A stretch of DNA of 64,000 nt from an uncultured Aminicenantes bacterium (GTDB lineage Bacteria; Acidobacteriota; Aminicenantia; UBA2199): the NCBI GenBank assembly GCA_965195285.1, contig CBDAFS010000030.1, positions 18,967 to 82,966 on the forward strand, written 5' to 3'. Shown here one piece after another: positions 36,732-47,055 of this stretch. Under the pieces are notes generated by a model. It made no database searches. It was not told where the DNA came from and saw only the letters and a program-made list of their open reading frames with translations. The first letter of the stretch is position 1. The number at the start of each line of letters is the position of its first letter. The position numbers and the translations under genes are program-made.

Positions 36732-37676
36732 ATGAAATACCGCCAGAAGGTCATGTCCCTTTTACTATTGGTATTATTCCTGATTCCCCTGTTAGGAATA
36801 TCCCTGTACCTGACTCACCTGAACATCCGCATACAATATCCGGACAGGGCAACCATTCCCGAAGACACGGAAATACTGATCCTGGGCGATTCCCACACGG
36901 TCTTTGCCCTGGATCCAGTTCTTATCGGTAAAGTCTTCAACTTCGGCAGTTCCGGGGAAAGTTATATCCACAATTACTACAAACTGAAATTTGCCCTGAA
37001 GCGAAACCACTCACTGAAAGCGGTCATCCTGCCCCTGGATCTTCACTCTTTCAGTGATTTCAGAAAAGACCGCATCCATTTCAACTTGAATTGGCTCCGC
37101 ACCCTCGATTACCCGGAATTGGGACGGATAAAAAAACAGACGCTGTCCTATCTGATCAAATATCTGAATTTGAGGTTTTTTAGCTTCAAGGGCCGCTACC
37201 GGCAATTCGGGGATGCGCTGCTAAATCGCGGCCTCACCCGGAAAATCAATCAGGAGGAACCGGGTTTTGTGGCCCGGGAGGGTTATTTCTTTCACAACCG
37301 GGAGGAAAAGGCTAAAAAAAGGGCCAGCCGGCAACTCAAGGGTTTTGATCCTTTCAGCCCGGAAATGGTCTTGTTTTTCAAACGTATCCTGAAGGAATGT
37401 CAGGATCGGCAACTCCGGGTGATCCTGCTCAAGTTACCCATCACCGAGGACTATTACAAACAGGCCGGGAAGCTGATCGATATTCCCCGGCTTGATACCC
37501 GGGTACAACAGCTGGTCCGGAATTTAATCCGCGTATGTATCTTTGATTTCCAAAAAATCTACTTTAAAAATGAAGCCGGTTTATTCTGGGATCCCCAGCA
37601 CCTCAATAAAATCGGAGCCCGGGATATATCCGTTCGCATTCATAACCGCCTGATCAGACAGGGCATCATCGACTGA
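36732..37676 (+). CDS. SGNH-hydrolase-like partner of MBOAT (AlgJ/DltD-like)
   Basis: N-terminal TM, ILGDSH, F.D..HLN..GA. Confidence 0.7.
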   Translation: MKYRQKVMSLLLLVLFLIPLLGISLYLTHLNIRIQYPDRATIPEDTEILILGDSHTVFALDPVLIGKVFNFGSSGESYIHNYYKLKFALKRNHSLKAVILPLDLHSFSDFRKDRIHFNLNWLRTLDYPELGRIKKQTLSYLIKYLNLRFFSFKGRYRQFGDALLNRGLTRKINQEEPGFVAREGYFFHNREEKAKKRASRQLKGFDPFSPEMVLFFKRILKECQDRQLRVILLKLPITEDYYKQAGKLIDIPRLDTRVQQLVRNLIRVCIFDFQKIYFKNEAGLFWDPQHLNKIGARDISVRIHNRLIRQGIID

Positions 37677-37723
37677 ATTGCAAAAAATTCCGGTAAATAT
37701 CCCAGTTTAGTCGATTTACAGTA

Positions 37724-37752
37724 TTGACAAAACGGATTATTTTTCTTAGTAT
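37724..37752 (+). promoter_or_regulatory. Sigma70 promoter of the acyl-CoA operon
   Basis: TTGACA-17 bp-TAGTAT. Confidence 0.65.
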
Positions 37753-37820
37753 ATAAAATAATGAGTATTGCTTTTTACTTCCGCCAAAAATAATCATCAA
37801 AGATAAGTGAGGTAAACCAT

Positions 37821-39254
37821 ATGATCAAATTTACAGAGAATCAGTTGAAGACACCGCAATTTATGAGACCGGTATATCTGGTTACTGCCGGTCAATCCAA
37901 ATTCGACCGGGCCATTCCCGAAAAAAAGACCGAAGAGCTCTGTGTGGATGCCCTGACCATGGCGGCCGAGCTGGTCAACCTGACACCGGCCGAATTGAAG
38001 GGTTATATTCATTCCTGTTATTACGGGCATTTTGCCGATCATTTCGGAGATCAACTGCTCGGAGAAGCGGTCATACATGACCGTCTGGGCCTGGATCCCT
38101 TAGGCAATGTGGGGATCAAGACCGGCGGGGCCACCGGTGGTTCCACCCTGTGGGAAGCCGCCAAAACCGTGGCCTCCGGTTACTCGGATTGCGTACTGGC
38201 CATGGGCTGGGAACGCATGGATGAAGTTCCCACCGATGAAGGCAATTTTCTTATTTCCTGTGCTGCCGACAAAGACTGGGAATCCCCGTTGGGTTATATC
38301 TATACCGGATACTATGCTGTCATGGCCCAGCGCTACTGGCAGGTATTCGGCAAGGAAGAGGAATCCTTCCGCAAAACCCTAGCCGAAATTTCAGTGAAGC
38401 ACCACGGCTATGCCCGCATGAACCCCTTTGCTCAATCCCCCATGAAAATCACAGTCGATGATGTTCTCAATTCACCGGTGGTGGCCGATCCCCTGCGGGC
38501 TCTGGACTGCTGCCTGATGAGTGTCGGGGCGGCCTGCGCGATTATTGCCGATGAAAAGACCGCCATGGAAATTGCCCGGAATTCCGATATCAAACCGCTG
38601 CGTATCTGGGTAACGGCCGGTTCCCATACCCTGCGACCGGCAGACCGGCGACCCATGGACATTCCCCTGCTTCCCAACGAAACCCCGGATTTATATGAAG
38701 ATCTGGAAGATCGCTTCCCGGGCGCCGGACGTTATCCCGGATTCTCGGCTTTCCTGGGAGCCCGGATGTGCGCCTACTACGGCTATCGCATGGCCGGTGT
38801 GAAGGATCCCTGCGAAGACCTCGATGTGATCGAACTTCACGATGCTTTTACCATCAGTGATATTCAGACCTATGAAGATATCGGAATCCGGCCCTATGGT
38901 CAGGGCAGGACCTATGTGGAATCCGGTGATTGTTACCATACCAATCCCAAAACCGGCCAGCCGGGAAAACTTCCTTCCAATCTGTCCGGAGGCCTGATCG
39001 GCTGTATGCACGCTGTGGGTGCCACCGGAATCATGCAGACTTTCGAAATCGCCAACCACATCTGGGGAATCTGGGAGAAAATTCACGGTGATGAAAATCG
39101 CTGGAAAGCCTTCCGGCGGGAAAAACCCGCTGACTGGACCAACCTGCAGGTCAATGGAGCCAAACGGGGCCTGGCCATCAGCCATGCCGGGGTGGGATCC
39201 CATGTCACCTGCACCATCCTGATGGATCCCGATCACCTGTTGAAGCAGGATTAG
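37821..39254 (+). CDS. Thiolase-superfamily protein (SCP-x type) lacking the usual nucleophilic Cys
   Basis: G.E.M, N P.A, ELHDAFT, N.SGGL...HAVGATG; TGGATG where ACASG is expected. Confidence 0.8.
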   Translation: MIKFTENQLKTPQFMRPVYLVTAGQSKFDRAIPEKKTEELCVDALTMAAELVNLTPAELKGYIHSCYYGHFADHFGDQLLGEAVIHDRLGLDPLGNVGIKTGGATGGSTLWEAAKTVASGYSDCVLAMGWERMDEVPTDEGNFLISCAADKDWESPLGYIYTGYYAVMAQRYWQVFGKEEESFRKTLAEISVKHHGYARMNPFAQSPMKITVDDVLNSPVVADPLRALDCCLMSVGAACAIIADEKTAMEIARNSDIKPLRIWVTAGSHTLRPADRRPMDIPLLPNETPDLYEDLEDRFPGAGRYPGFSAFLGARMCAYYGYRMAGVKDPCEDLDVIELHDAFTISDIQTYEDIGIRPYGQGRTYVESGDCYHTNPKTGQPGKLPSNLSGGLIGCMHAVGATGIMQTFEIANHIWGIWEKIHGDENRWKAFRREKPADWTNLQVNGAKRGLAISHAGVGSHVTCTILMDPDHLLKQD

Positions 39255-39276
39255 TAATTTTAATAAGGAGATAACC

Positions 39277-39867
39277 ATGAGTCTATATGGAAACGCCAAG
39301 GTAAAAAATTGGAGATACAAAATAAAAGGAAATTTTCATTTCAACCATAGCCCATCCCCCATTCGAAATGTCGATGATAACGACCACCTGCTGGGAATCA
39401 CCAAACCCCGCCACATGATCTATTTGCACAGCTACGGCGGAGAAGCCCCGTTTTTCGAGGGGTTAAGCCAGGGCAAGCTCCTGGGAACCCGCTGCGACAA
39501 TCCGGGCTGTGAATTCAAGGGCACCATATACCAGCCTTACCGCATACACTGTCCTGACTGTCTGGCACGCTGCACCGAGCTGGATATGACCGATACAGCC
39601 AAGAACGAGGGCTATATTCACACCTTCATGATCTGCGAACGGTCAGGCGCTTTCAATACCCTTGACAAGCCAATTAAATTCATCAATATCGAATTCAAAG
39701 GGGTGTCTACCATATTGATGAGCTACCTGTCGGTCGGCGAGCCCAAAATCGGAACCCGGGTCATCCCCATTTTCAAAAAGGTCGACCCCAGCTATACCAT
39801 CATCGATCTCTCCTGGGTGGTAGAGGGCACCCAAGCGGATCAGCTGCCTGACGGCTTCAGCTTTTAA
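39277..39867 (+). CDS. Zn-ribbon + OB-fold (DUF35) thiolase partner
   Basis: FF.GL..GKLLGTRC....C...Y.P....CPDC. Confidence 0.8.
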   Translation: MSLYGNAKVKNWRYKIKGNFHFNHSPSPIRNVDDNDHLLGITKPRHMIYLHSYGGEAPFFEGLSQGKLLGTRCDNPGCEFKGTIYQPYRIHCPDCLARCTELDMTDTAKNEGYIHTFMICERSGAFNTLDKPIKFINIEFKGVSTILMSYLSVGEPKIGTRVIPIFKKVDPSYTIIDLSWVVEGTQADQLPDGFSF

Positions 39868-39931
39868 TAGCCATCCAATCTTCTCGAAAGCAGCCGCACC
39901 AAATTCAGGCCAAATTTAACCGGGGGTAATT

Positions 39932-41089
39932 GTGGAAGATTTTGAACTAAGCGAAGAACAAAAAATGATACGTGCGTCAATTCGAGATTTTGCCGAGGGC
40001 GAGATCGCCCCGGTTGCCGAAGCGCTCGATGAACACGAGAAATTTTCGGTTGAATTGACCAAGAAAATGGGAGACATCGGTCTATTCGGAATCTTTGTGA
40101 ACCCGGAATACGGAGGCTCGGGATTGGATTACCTCTCCTATATTATTGCCGTGGAAGAGGTAGCCAGAATCGATGGTTCCCAGGCTGCCACCGTGGCTGC
40201 CGGCAACTCGCTGGGCATTGGCCCCCTCTATTATTTCGGCAATCAGAAGCAGAAGGAAAAATGGCTTCCGGAACTCTGCCGGGGTGAAAAATTGGCCTCC
40301 TTCGGTCTGACCGAACCCGAGGCCGGATCCGATGCCAGCGCCACCAAGACCACGGCCAAACTGGAAAACCAGCAGTGGACCATCAATGGCAGCAAGATTT
40401 TTATTACCAATTCCAGTTCTCCGATTTCATCGGTTTGCATGGCGTTGGCCAAGACCGGTAAGCGGGCCGACGGCAAAGACGAGCTCTCCTCAATCCTGGT
40501 TCCCAACGGAACCCCGGGTTTTGAAACCCGGACAATGAAAAAGAAATTGATGTGGCGGAGTTCGGACACCGGGGAATTGTATTTTGATGACTGCCAGGTC
40601 CCGGAAGAAAACCTGCTGGGAAAACGCGGAGAGGGATTCCATCAGATGATGAAAACCCTGGACAATGGCCGCCTGGCCATTGCCGCCATGGGATTGGGAG
40701 GTGCCCAGGGCGCTTACGAGCTGGCCATGAAATATTCCAAGGAACGGCACCAGTTCGGGGTTCCGATCTCCACCTTCCAGGTCAATGCCTTCAAACTGGC
40801 CGATATGGCCACTGAAATCGAGACTGCCCGGGCTCTGCTCTACAAGGCCTGCCGGATGAAAAACGCAGGATTGCCCTTTTCAAAAATTGCCGCCATGTCC
40901 AAACTCTATTGCTCTGAAGTAATGGGCCGGGTGGTGGATCAGGCTGTCCAGTTGCACGGTGGCTACGGGCTCATGAAAGAATACCCGGTAGAACGGTTTT
41001 ACCGTGACCAGAAATTGCTCACCATCGGTGAAGGAACTTCTGAAATCCAACGGCTGGTCATCTCACGCCTGATCGGGTGCCCTTCATAA
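39932..41089 (+). CDS. Acyl-CoA dehydrogenase
   Basis: FGLTEPEAGSDA, INGSKIFITN, R.QFG.PI, QLHGGYG, IGEGTSEIQR. Confidence 0.95.
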   Translation: MEDFELSEEQKMIRASIRDFAEGEIAPVAEALDEHEKFSVELTKKMGDIGLFGIFVNPEYGGSGLDYLSYIIAVEEVARIDGSQAATVAAGNSLGIGPLYYFGNQKQKEKWLPELCRGEKLASFGLTEPEAGSDASATKTTAKLENQQWTINGSKIFITNSSSPISSVCMALAKTGKRADGKDELSSILVPNGTPGFETRTMKKKLMWRSSDTGELYFDDCQVPEENLLGKRGEGFHQMMKTLDNGRLAIAAMGLGGAQGAYELAMKYSKERHQFGVPISTFQVNAFKLADMATEIETARALLYKACRMKNAGLPFSKIAAMSKLYCSEVMGRVVDQAVQLHGGYGLMKEYPVERFYRDQKLLTIGEGTSEIQRLVISRLIGCPS

Positions 41090-41128
41090 ATCCATTGAAT
41101 TTAAAAATTCGATATAAGGAGTAAACAA

Positions 41129-41911
41129 ATGGATAATACGGTCGTCATGATGGAAAACCATGAGGGGATCGGTATCATTACCATTAACCGTCCCGATAAA
41201 TTGAATGCCCTGAACGGGGAAGTCATCGAACAGCTGGATGAAATCATCCAAACCCTGAAGACCGACCCGAAAGTCCAGGCGGTTATTTTCAGGGGAGCCG
41301 GAGAAAAATCTTTCGTGGCTGGGGCGGACATATCCCAGTTTCCCGAATACGGGCCTATGGAGGCCAAGCAAATGTCGCTCAAAGGCCAGGATATCATGAA
41401 CCGAATCGAACACCTGCCCAAACCGGTAATTGCCGCCCTGAACGGGCTGGCCCTGGGGGGCGGGCTGGAACTGGCCATGGCCTGTCATATCCGGATTGCC
41501 GCCTCCAACGCACGGATGGGACAGCCGGAAGTCAAATTGGGTATCATTCCCGGATACGGCGGTACCCAGCGGTTGGCCCGGCTGGTGGGAAAAGGAAAGG
41601 CCATGGAACTCATCATGAGGGGAAACATGATCACCGCCCAGGAAGCACTGGAGATCGGGCTGGTTAACCAGGTGGTCCCGTTGGAACAGCTGATGGAGGT
41701 ATCTATTCAGATGCAGAGAGAAATTTTGACCAATGGCCCGATTGCGGTAAAAACCGCCATCGAAGCGATTAATCACGGGCTCAACCTCGGATTTGAGGAA
41801 GGCTGCACCCTGGAGGCCAACTTGTTTGCCACCCTGTTTTCAACCGCTGATCAAAAAGAGGGGGCCCTGGCCTTTCTGGGAAAGAGATCTCCCGAATTCA
41901 AGAATTCCTGA
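41129..41911 (+). CDS. Enoyl-CoA hydratase/isomerase (crotonase)
   Basis: INRPDKLNALN, FVAGADI, ALGGGLELA, GQPEVKLG.IPGYGGTQRL. Confidence 0.95.
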   Translation: MDNTVVMMENHEGIGIITINRPDKLNALNGEVIEQLDEIIQTLKTDPKVQAVIFRGAGEKSFVAGADISQFPEYGPMEAKQMSLKGQDIMNRIEHLPKPVIAALNGLALGGGLELAMACHIRIAASNARMGQPEVKLGIIPGYGGTQRLARLVGKGKAMELIMRGNMITAQEALEIGLVNQVVPLEQLMEVSIQMQREILTNGPIAVKTAIEAINHGLNLGFEEGCTLEANLFATLFSTADQKEGALAFLGKRSPEFKNS

Positions 41912-41931
41912 TCAAGTCCATACCGGTTCAT

Positions 41932-43917
41932 ATGACCAAAGACAAACCCTCCGATTCACCCCAATCCAGGTTGCTATGGAGCCCGGACCGAATCCGGATC
42001 GAGAATTCCAATATGTTCCGGTTCATGAAGGTTATCAACCAAAAATTCAACCGGAATTTTAACGACTATGCAGACCTCTATCAGTGGTCCATTGACCATA
42101 TCCCCGATTTCTGGGCTTGTCTGTGGGATTTTCTGCAAATCAAGGCCAGCCAGCCCTATGACCGGGTGATCGACAGCCCGGATAAAATGCCCGGGGCCAA
42201 ATGGTTCTCCAATGCCCGGTTGAATTTTGCCGAGAATCTCCTGCAGTTTCGGGACCAGCAGGTTGCCCTGATTTTCAAGGGTGAAAATCAGGATTGCCTG
42301 AAGATGACCTATGCCCAGCTGTACACTGAAGTGGCCGGAGTGGCCCGGTCCATGAAAGCAATGGGCATACAGCCCAATGACCGGGTGGTGGGATTCATGC
42401 CCAATATGCCCCAGACCATTGTGGCCATGCTGGCGGCGGTGAGCCTGGGGGCAACCTGGTCATCCTGCTCCCCGGATTTCGGGATCAAGGGAGTACTGGA
42501 CCGGTTCGGTCAGATCCAGCCCAGCCTGCTGTTTACCGCTGACGGTTACTGGTTTAAAGGCCGGAAAATAGACAGCCTGGATCGGATATCCGAAATACTG
42601 AAATCACTGCCCAGCCTGAAAAAAGTAGTGGTGGTCCCCTATGTCGATGAAAATCCCGGTATCGATCACCTGCCCAATGCAGTCCATTACCGGGATTTCG
42701 TAGCGTCCCAACCCGATCCGACCATCGAGTTTGCCCAGCTTCCCTTTGACCATCCCCTGTACATCATGTATTCATCCGGCACCACCGGTCTGCCCAAATG
42801 TATGGTCCAGAGTGCCGGGGGAATCCTGATCCATCACCTGAAGGAACTGGTTCTTCACACCGACCTGAAGCGGGAAGACACAATATTCTATTTTACCACC
42901 TGCGGTTGGATGATGTGGAACTGGCTGGTCACTTCGCTGGCTACAGGGGCCACCCTGGTACTGTTTGATGGCAATCCCTTCCATCCCCATCCCGGCGCCC
43001 TCTGGGAATTAGCCGAACAGGAAAAGATTTCGGTTTTTGGGACCAGTGCCGGCTACCTTGCCGCCCTGCAGAATACAGGACTGAAACCCGGGCGGGAATA
43101 TGACCTGGCTTCGCTCAAAACACTGCTCTCCACGGGTTCTCCCCTGTCCATCGAGGGTTTTGACTATGTCTACCGTGAAATCAAGGATGATCTTCAGCTG
43201 GCCTCCATTTGCGGTGGTACGGATATCAACGGCTGCTTTGCCCTGGGAAACCCCATGGGACCTGTTTATGCCGGGGAATTGCAGTGCAGGGGCCTGGCCA
43301 TGAAGGTTTTTTCCTTTGATGAATCCGGACAACCGGTAACCAATCAGCAGGGAGAACTGGTATGCACCGCCCCTTTTCCTTCAATGCCCATTTATTTCTG
43401 GGATGATCCGGACAGCCAGAAGTATCTCCAGGCATATTTTAATGTCTACCCCGGTGTCTGGCGTCACGGCGATTTTATCGAAATCACCGACCATGGCGGG
43501 GTCATTATTTACGGCCGCAGCGACACCACCCTGAATCCCGGGGGAGTGCGGATCGGAACCGCCGAGATCTACCGCCTGGTTGAACTGATGGAGGAAATTG
43601 CCGATTGTGTAGTGGTCGGACAGGACTGGAAAAACGATGTCCGTGTCATACTCTTCGTGGTCATGACCGAAGGCGTGGCCCTGAGTCCGGAGTTAAAAGA
43701 CCGCATCAAAAAAACCCTCCGGCTGAATGCCTCTCCCCGCCACGTTCCGGCCAAGATCATCGAGGTACCGGACATCCCCTATACCCTGAACATGAAAAAA
43801 GTGGAGCTGGCGGTTAAAAAAGTCATCGAAGGCAGGCCGGTCCTGAATAAAGATGCACTCCGAAATCCCCAATCCCTGGATTACTTTGCCAGCCTGAAAG
43901 AACTGAAGGAAGAGTAG
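41932..43917 (+). CDS. Acetoacetate--CoA ligase
   Basis: WSSCSPDFG..GVLDRF.QI.P, YSSGTTGLPKC, TTCGWMMWNW, GRSD.TLNPGGVRIGTAEIY, KKVELAV. Confidence 0.93.
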   Translation: MTKDKPSDSPQSRLLWSPDRIRIENSNMFRFMKVINQKFNRNFNDYADLYQWSIDHIPDFWACLWDFLQIKASQPYDRVIDSPDKMPGAKWFSNARLNFAENLLQFRDQQVALIFKGENQDCLKMTYAQLYTEVAGVARSMKAMGIQPNDRVVGFMPNMPQTIVAMLAAVSLGATWSSCSPDFGIKGVLDRFGQIQPSLLFTADGYWFKGRKIDSLDRISEILKSLPSLKKVVVVPYVDENPGIDHLPNAVHYRDFVASQPDPTIEFAQLPFDHPLYIMYSSGTTGLPKCMVQSAGGILIHHLKELVLHTDLKREDTIFYFTTCGWMMWNWLVTSLATGATLVLFDGNPFHPHPGALWELAEQEKISVFGTSAGYLAALQNTGLKPGREYDLASLKTLLSTGSPLSIEGFDYVYREIKDDLQLASICGGTDINGCFALGNPMGPVYAGELQCRGLAMKVFSFDESGQPVTNQQGELVCTAPFPSMPIYFWDDPDSQKYLQAYFNVYPGVWRHGDFIEITDHGGVIIYGRSDTTLNPGGVRIGTAEIYRLVELMEEIADCVVVGQDWKNDVRVILFVVMTEGVALSPELKDRIKKTLRLNASPRHVPAKIIEVPDIPYTLNMKKVELAVKKVIEGRPVLNKDALRNPQSLDYFASLKELKEE

Positions 43918-43927
43918 ATCCTTTCGA

Positions 43928-45100
43928 TTAATCCGGGGTATCAATCAACTCCTGTGGATTGGACAACTTTCGCCTGTATAAAAAGTGTTCGGCAATCACA
44001 TCAATGAGAATTTTCGGTTTTTCATGTTCTATCACTTTTACCCAGAATCGAAAATTCCAGTCTCTCAGAAATAAGATACGTGAAAAATGATTTGATAAAA
44101 ATGGTCTCAATGCCATTCCACTGGAATCATGAAACATCACAGTCCCTGGAAAAGCCGGCAAGGGCCTCTCAATAATCATAGGTCTGAGAGTCCCGGACAC
44201 TTCCAGTTCAGATGGAATGGGAACCTTTTCCCCGGCTCCGGAAATAACTGGTTTTAATTTTACCTTCCTCTCCCAGAACCGTTTGTCCTGAAATGCGAGC
44301 ATCCTGGCTAAATTTCCATCCCTCATCATTGGTCTTTTTATTCTGAAATCGGAAATATCCAGAGGAGTGATATCCACATGCATGGGAAATGTTGAGGATA
44401 GACAGGTGATGATCCGGCAATAGGCCAGATAGGCCCCAAAATCATTCCAGTGAGAGTCGGTTTTATAATACAACACAGAATCCCGCTTACGGGACCGGAA
44501 TAAATCTGTTAAGTTCAAAACATCTATATCAGAATATCGTTGTAAATGGGTTATCAGCTGTTCTAATCGTGAATGGGCATAAAATTGCTTTATGAAATCC
44601 GGAAGGAATTCCGGGTATATTACACTCTTATCAGGAACAGGAATAAAAAGATAGAAAATATTCCTCTTTTTAAGCCACTGGTATCTTTGCTCCAGGACGA
44701 TTCGCCATTGCTCCAGTTCATTGAAGGTGAAGGGTTGAATGGAGGAAAAATAGCCGGGGTGTTCAGGTGGAAGGTTCTGTTTGGCCTGAAACAACCAGTT
44801 ATCTTTTCCCAGTATCACCTTTGAGACGGGTGATTTATTGAAAATCTTAAACCTCATCCGGTTTTGAGTACGAATCAGGAATGATCTTAAAAAAAAGTGA
44901 TTATTAAACCAGGTCTGGTAATTTTTTACAAAATCATGGGGAGAACGGATATCGAAATGAATCCTGGATTTTGACGATCTTTTCTCCAGAAAAATCTCTT
45001 CGGAAGAAAATCGAACAATCTGAAACAGAAAAACCCCAAACAGAATAACGATAAAGCCAACACAGAAAATAATGTTTCCGGTTCGACCTGGTTCATTCAT
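43928..45100 (-). CDS. AlgJ/AlgX-like SGNH O-acetyltransferase
   Basis: V..GKD.WLF, PDK..IYPE.LP, YYKTDSHWN..GAY.AY. Confidence 0.8.
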   Translation of the reverse strand: MNEPGRTGNIIFCVGFIVILFGVFLFQIVRFSSEEIFLEKRSSKSRIHFDIRSPHDFVKNYQTWFNNHFFLRSFLIRTQNRMRFKIFNKSPVSKVILGKDNWLFQAKQNLPPEHPGYFSSIQPFTFNELEQWRIVLEQRYQWLKKRNIFYLFIPVPDKSVIYPEFLPDFIKQFYAHSRLEQLITHLQRYSDIDVLNLTDLFRSRKRDSVLYYKTDSHWNDFGAYLAYCRIITCLSSTFPMHVDITPLDISDFRIKRPMMRDGNLARMLAFQDKRFWERKVKLKPVISGAGEKVPIPSELEVSGTLRPMIIERPLPAFPGTVMFHDSSGMALRPFLSNHFSRILFLRDWNFRFWVKVIEHEKPKILIDVIAEHFLYRRKLSNPQELIDTPD

Positions 45101-45182
45101 AAAGAATCCAAAAGATATTTTAACGGATCAGCCCATATTATTCAACACCCGGAGTTGTATACAACATGATCAGGCCCTTTTT

Positions 45183-45704
45183 TCAGAGTTTTCTCTTGCG
45201 GGAGTAAACCAATACCCGTTCAATGAAATTTTTCCGAAGTCCGGCATTATTCAATCGGTCTTCATCCTCAACCGGTATCAGCGGGAATCGTTTCATGAAG
45301 GCCCTGGCAAAGAGTCCGGATCCCCTGCCACCGGGATGACCGGCCCGGGGATACACTTTTACCCCCCGCATTCCAGAACTGGGAGAGCGGGACTTGAAAA
45401 CAAAGCCACAGAGTTCTTCCTTTTCCAGATCATCCAGACGTTTGCTGATCCATTTTTGCATCCGGTCGGTGTAATCCACCCCGGTTTTGTCGGTGACCAG
45501 CCTCGGTGATTCCGGATCTCCCACCAGGCACATGGCTTCCCGGGGCACAGGCAGCCCGCATTCCACCTCCGGACACACCGGAACCCATTCCACGAATGCC
45601 CCCAACGTATCCCTGAGGGTACGGTCCAGTTTATGTCCGCCGTCATAGCGAACCGGGTTCCCCAGCAAGCAGGAGCTGATACCCAGTTTGGTTTTTTCAT
45701 CCAT
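45183..45704 (-). CDS. DUF523 family protein (2-thiouracil desulfurase-like)
   Basis: GISSCLLG..VRYDG.H, VCPEV..GL.VPRE, KS.SPS.G. Confidence 0.85.
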   Translation of the reverse strand: MDEKTKLGISSCLLGNPVRYDGGHKLDRTLRDTLGAFVEWVPVCPEVECGLPVPREAMCLVGDPESPRLVTDKTGVDYTDRMQKWISKRLDDLEKEELCGFVFKSRSPSSGMRGVKVYPRAGHPGGRGSGLFARAFMKRFPLIPVEDEDRLNNAGLRKNFIERVLVYSRKRKL

Positions 45705-45718
45705 GCCAAAACCCGGAG

Positions 45719-46309
45719 TCAGGCTCTTTTCCAGCCGATGAAGGCGGTGATGGATTTCTGGGGAACCATGAGCAGGGATGCATTCAGCTCCAGACCTATT
45801 TCGTCCAGTTTTAATCTTTTAAAAAAATATTTCTGGACTTCCAGGCTTAAATCCCCATAGCCCGGTGAAAAGCGTTTTGTCGGAACCCGGCGGTGTTTTC
45901 GGATTTGATCTCCGATGAGGTTGGAAATATAGATGGCTGCCTCCTCAACACACTCCGAGCCCACCGCATCCAGAATCAATGGCTCCAGTATTTTGCTCTG
46001 CTTTTGATAGGATTCCATTTCCTCTTCAATATGGGGGCCAATGGTTACCCCGATTAAACTGACCCGCGAGCAATCCTGCAGATGGGTTCTCAACGACTCC
46101 GAAACCATTTCATAACCGTTGGAAAACAATATTTTTCCGGGTTTAAGGGAAATGGCCAGATCATCAAAACGGCAACGGGGTTCCACCAGGGTAAAAAACC
46201 TGTCAATCAAATGTTCATATTTGCTGAATTCAGCCGAGGCCGGAACTTTCAACCGCCGCTGTATTCGACTCAGGGGCAGGCCGATGGGAAAATGAGATAT
46301 CTCTTTCAT
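45719..46309 (-). CDS. Stand-alone B12-dependent methionine synthase activation-domain protein
   Basis: TIG, DA.GS..VE, RFSPGYGD..L..Q, M.P.KS.TA..G. Confidence 0.8.
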   Translation of the reverse strand: MKEISHFPIGLPLSRIQRRLKVPASAEFSKYEHLIDRFFTLVEPRCRFDDLAISLKPGKILFSNGYEMVSESLRTHLQDCSRVSLIGVTIGPHIEEEMESYQKQSKILEPLILDAVGSECVEEAAIYISNLIGDQIRKHRRVPTKRFSPGYGDLSLEVQKYFFKRLKLDEIGLELNASLLMVPQKSITAFIGWKRA

Positions 46310-47040
46310 GGCCTTTTCGATCCCTGGCCCGTTTTTTTTCTCTTTTTCAACACCTTGATAATTATATAAAGGATACAGAGAAAGGAAGCAGACAGTATGA
46401 ATTCAAGTTTATGGATAATGAAACGGTAAAAGGTAAATTCCCTGACAGCCAGAATCAGAATAAAAACCGTCATTAAATTAAATACCGAATCGTTCTCCTT
46501 GAAGAGAACCTTGCGGAAATCAAAACCGGTATCCGGTCTTTGAAAGGCCCTGAACCCGAAAAAAATTCGGGGTACCATCCGGCAATATCGTTGATAGGCC
46601 TCCCCGTGTCTTTCCGCTAAATATTTTTCTTCAGCCAGTATGATGAAATAATATTGAAGGATCAGGAAGCTGGCCCCAATCAGCAGGGCAAACCCATTGT
46701 TAAAAATTACCAGCAATCCAAAAAAAATAAAAAAATTTCCGATATACAGCGGATTCCTGGACAGGGAATAAATCCCGGTGGTATTGATGCTTTCCGCTTT
46801 CAGATAATTTTCGCGACCCGAGGTACCGGTAGCGGAAAAACCGACCGTCAGGACCCGGATCAGTTCACCGCCAAAAGCCAGCAAAAGCCCCCCCACGGCA
46901 ATCCAAATGTTCAGGGTACCCATATCCCGGGGTTTTAACCCCAAGAAAATCAGGATCATCAGTGGCAGAGGGGTGAAACTACGGTACTGGAACAGAAAAT
47001 TCCCGACAATCTGTTTCCAGTCCGGGGATTTCGATTTCAT
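46306..47040 (-). CDS. Isoprenylcysteine carboxyl methyltransferase family (lipid A phosphate methyltransferase LmtA-like)
   Basis: F.YRS..P, GTSGR, T.GIYS..RNPLY.GN, EE.YL...G..Y..Y...VP. Confidence 0.75.
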   Translation of the reverse strand: MKSKSPDWKQIVGNFLFQYRSFTPLPLMILIFLGLKPRDMGTLNIWIAVGGLLLAFGGELIRVLTVGFSATGTSGRENYLKAESINTTGIYSLSRNPLYIGNFFIFFGLLVIFNNGFALLIGASFLILQYYFIILAEEKYLAERHGEAYQRYCRMVPRIFFGFRAFQRPDTGFDFRKVLFKENDSVFNLMTVFILILAVREFTFYRFIIHKLEFILSASFLCILYIIIKVLKKRKKTGQGSKRP

Positions 47041-47055
47041 GTGGGACGGCTCTCC

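Noticed and set aside
41084-41776. Long antisense/shadow ORFs (also 38691-39320, 18602-19228, 57042-57527)
   Set aside because: They lie opposite well-conserved genes and have no recognisable motifs.
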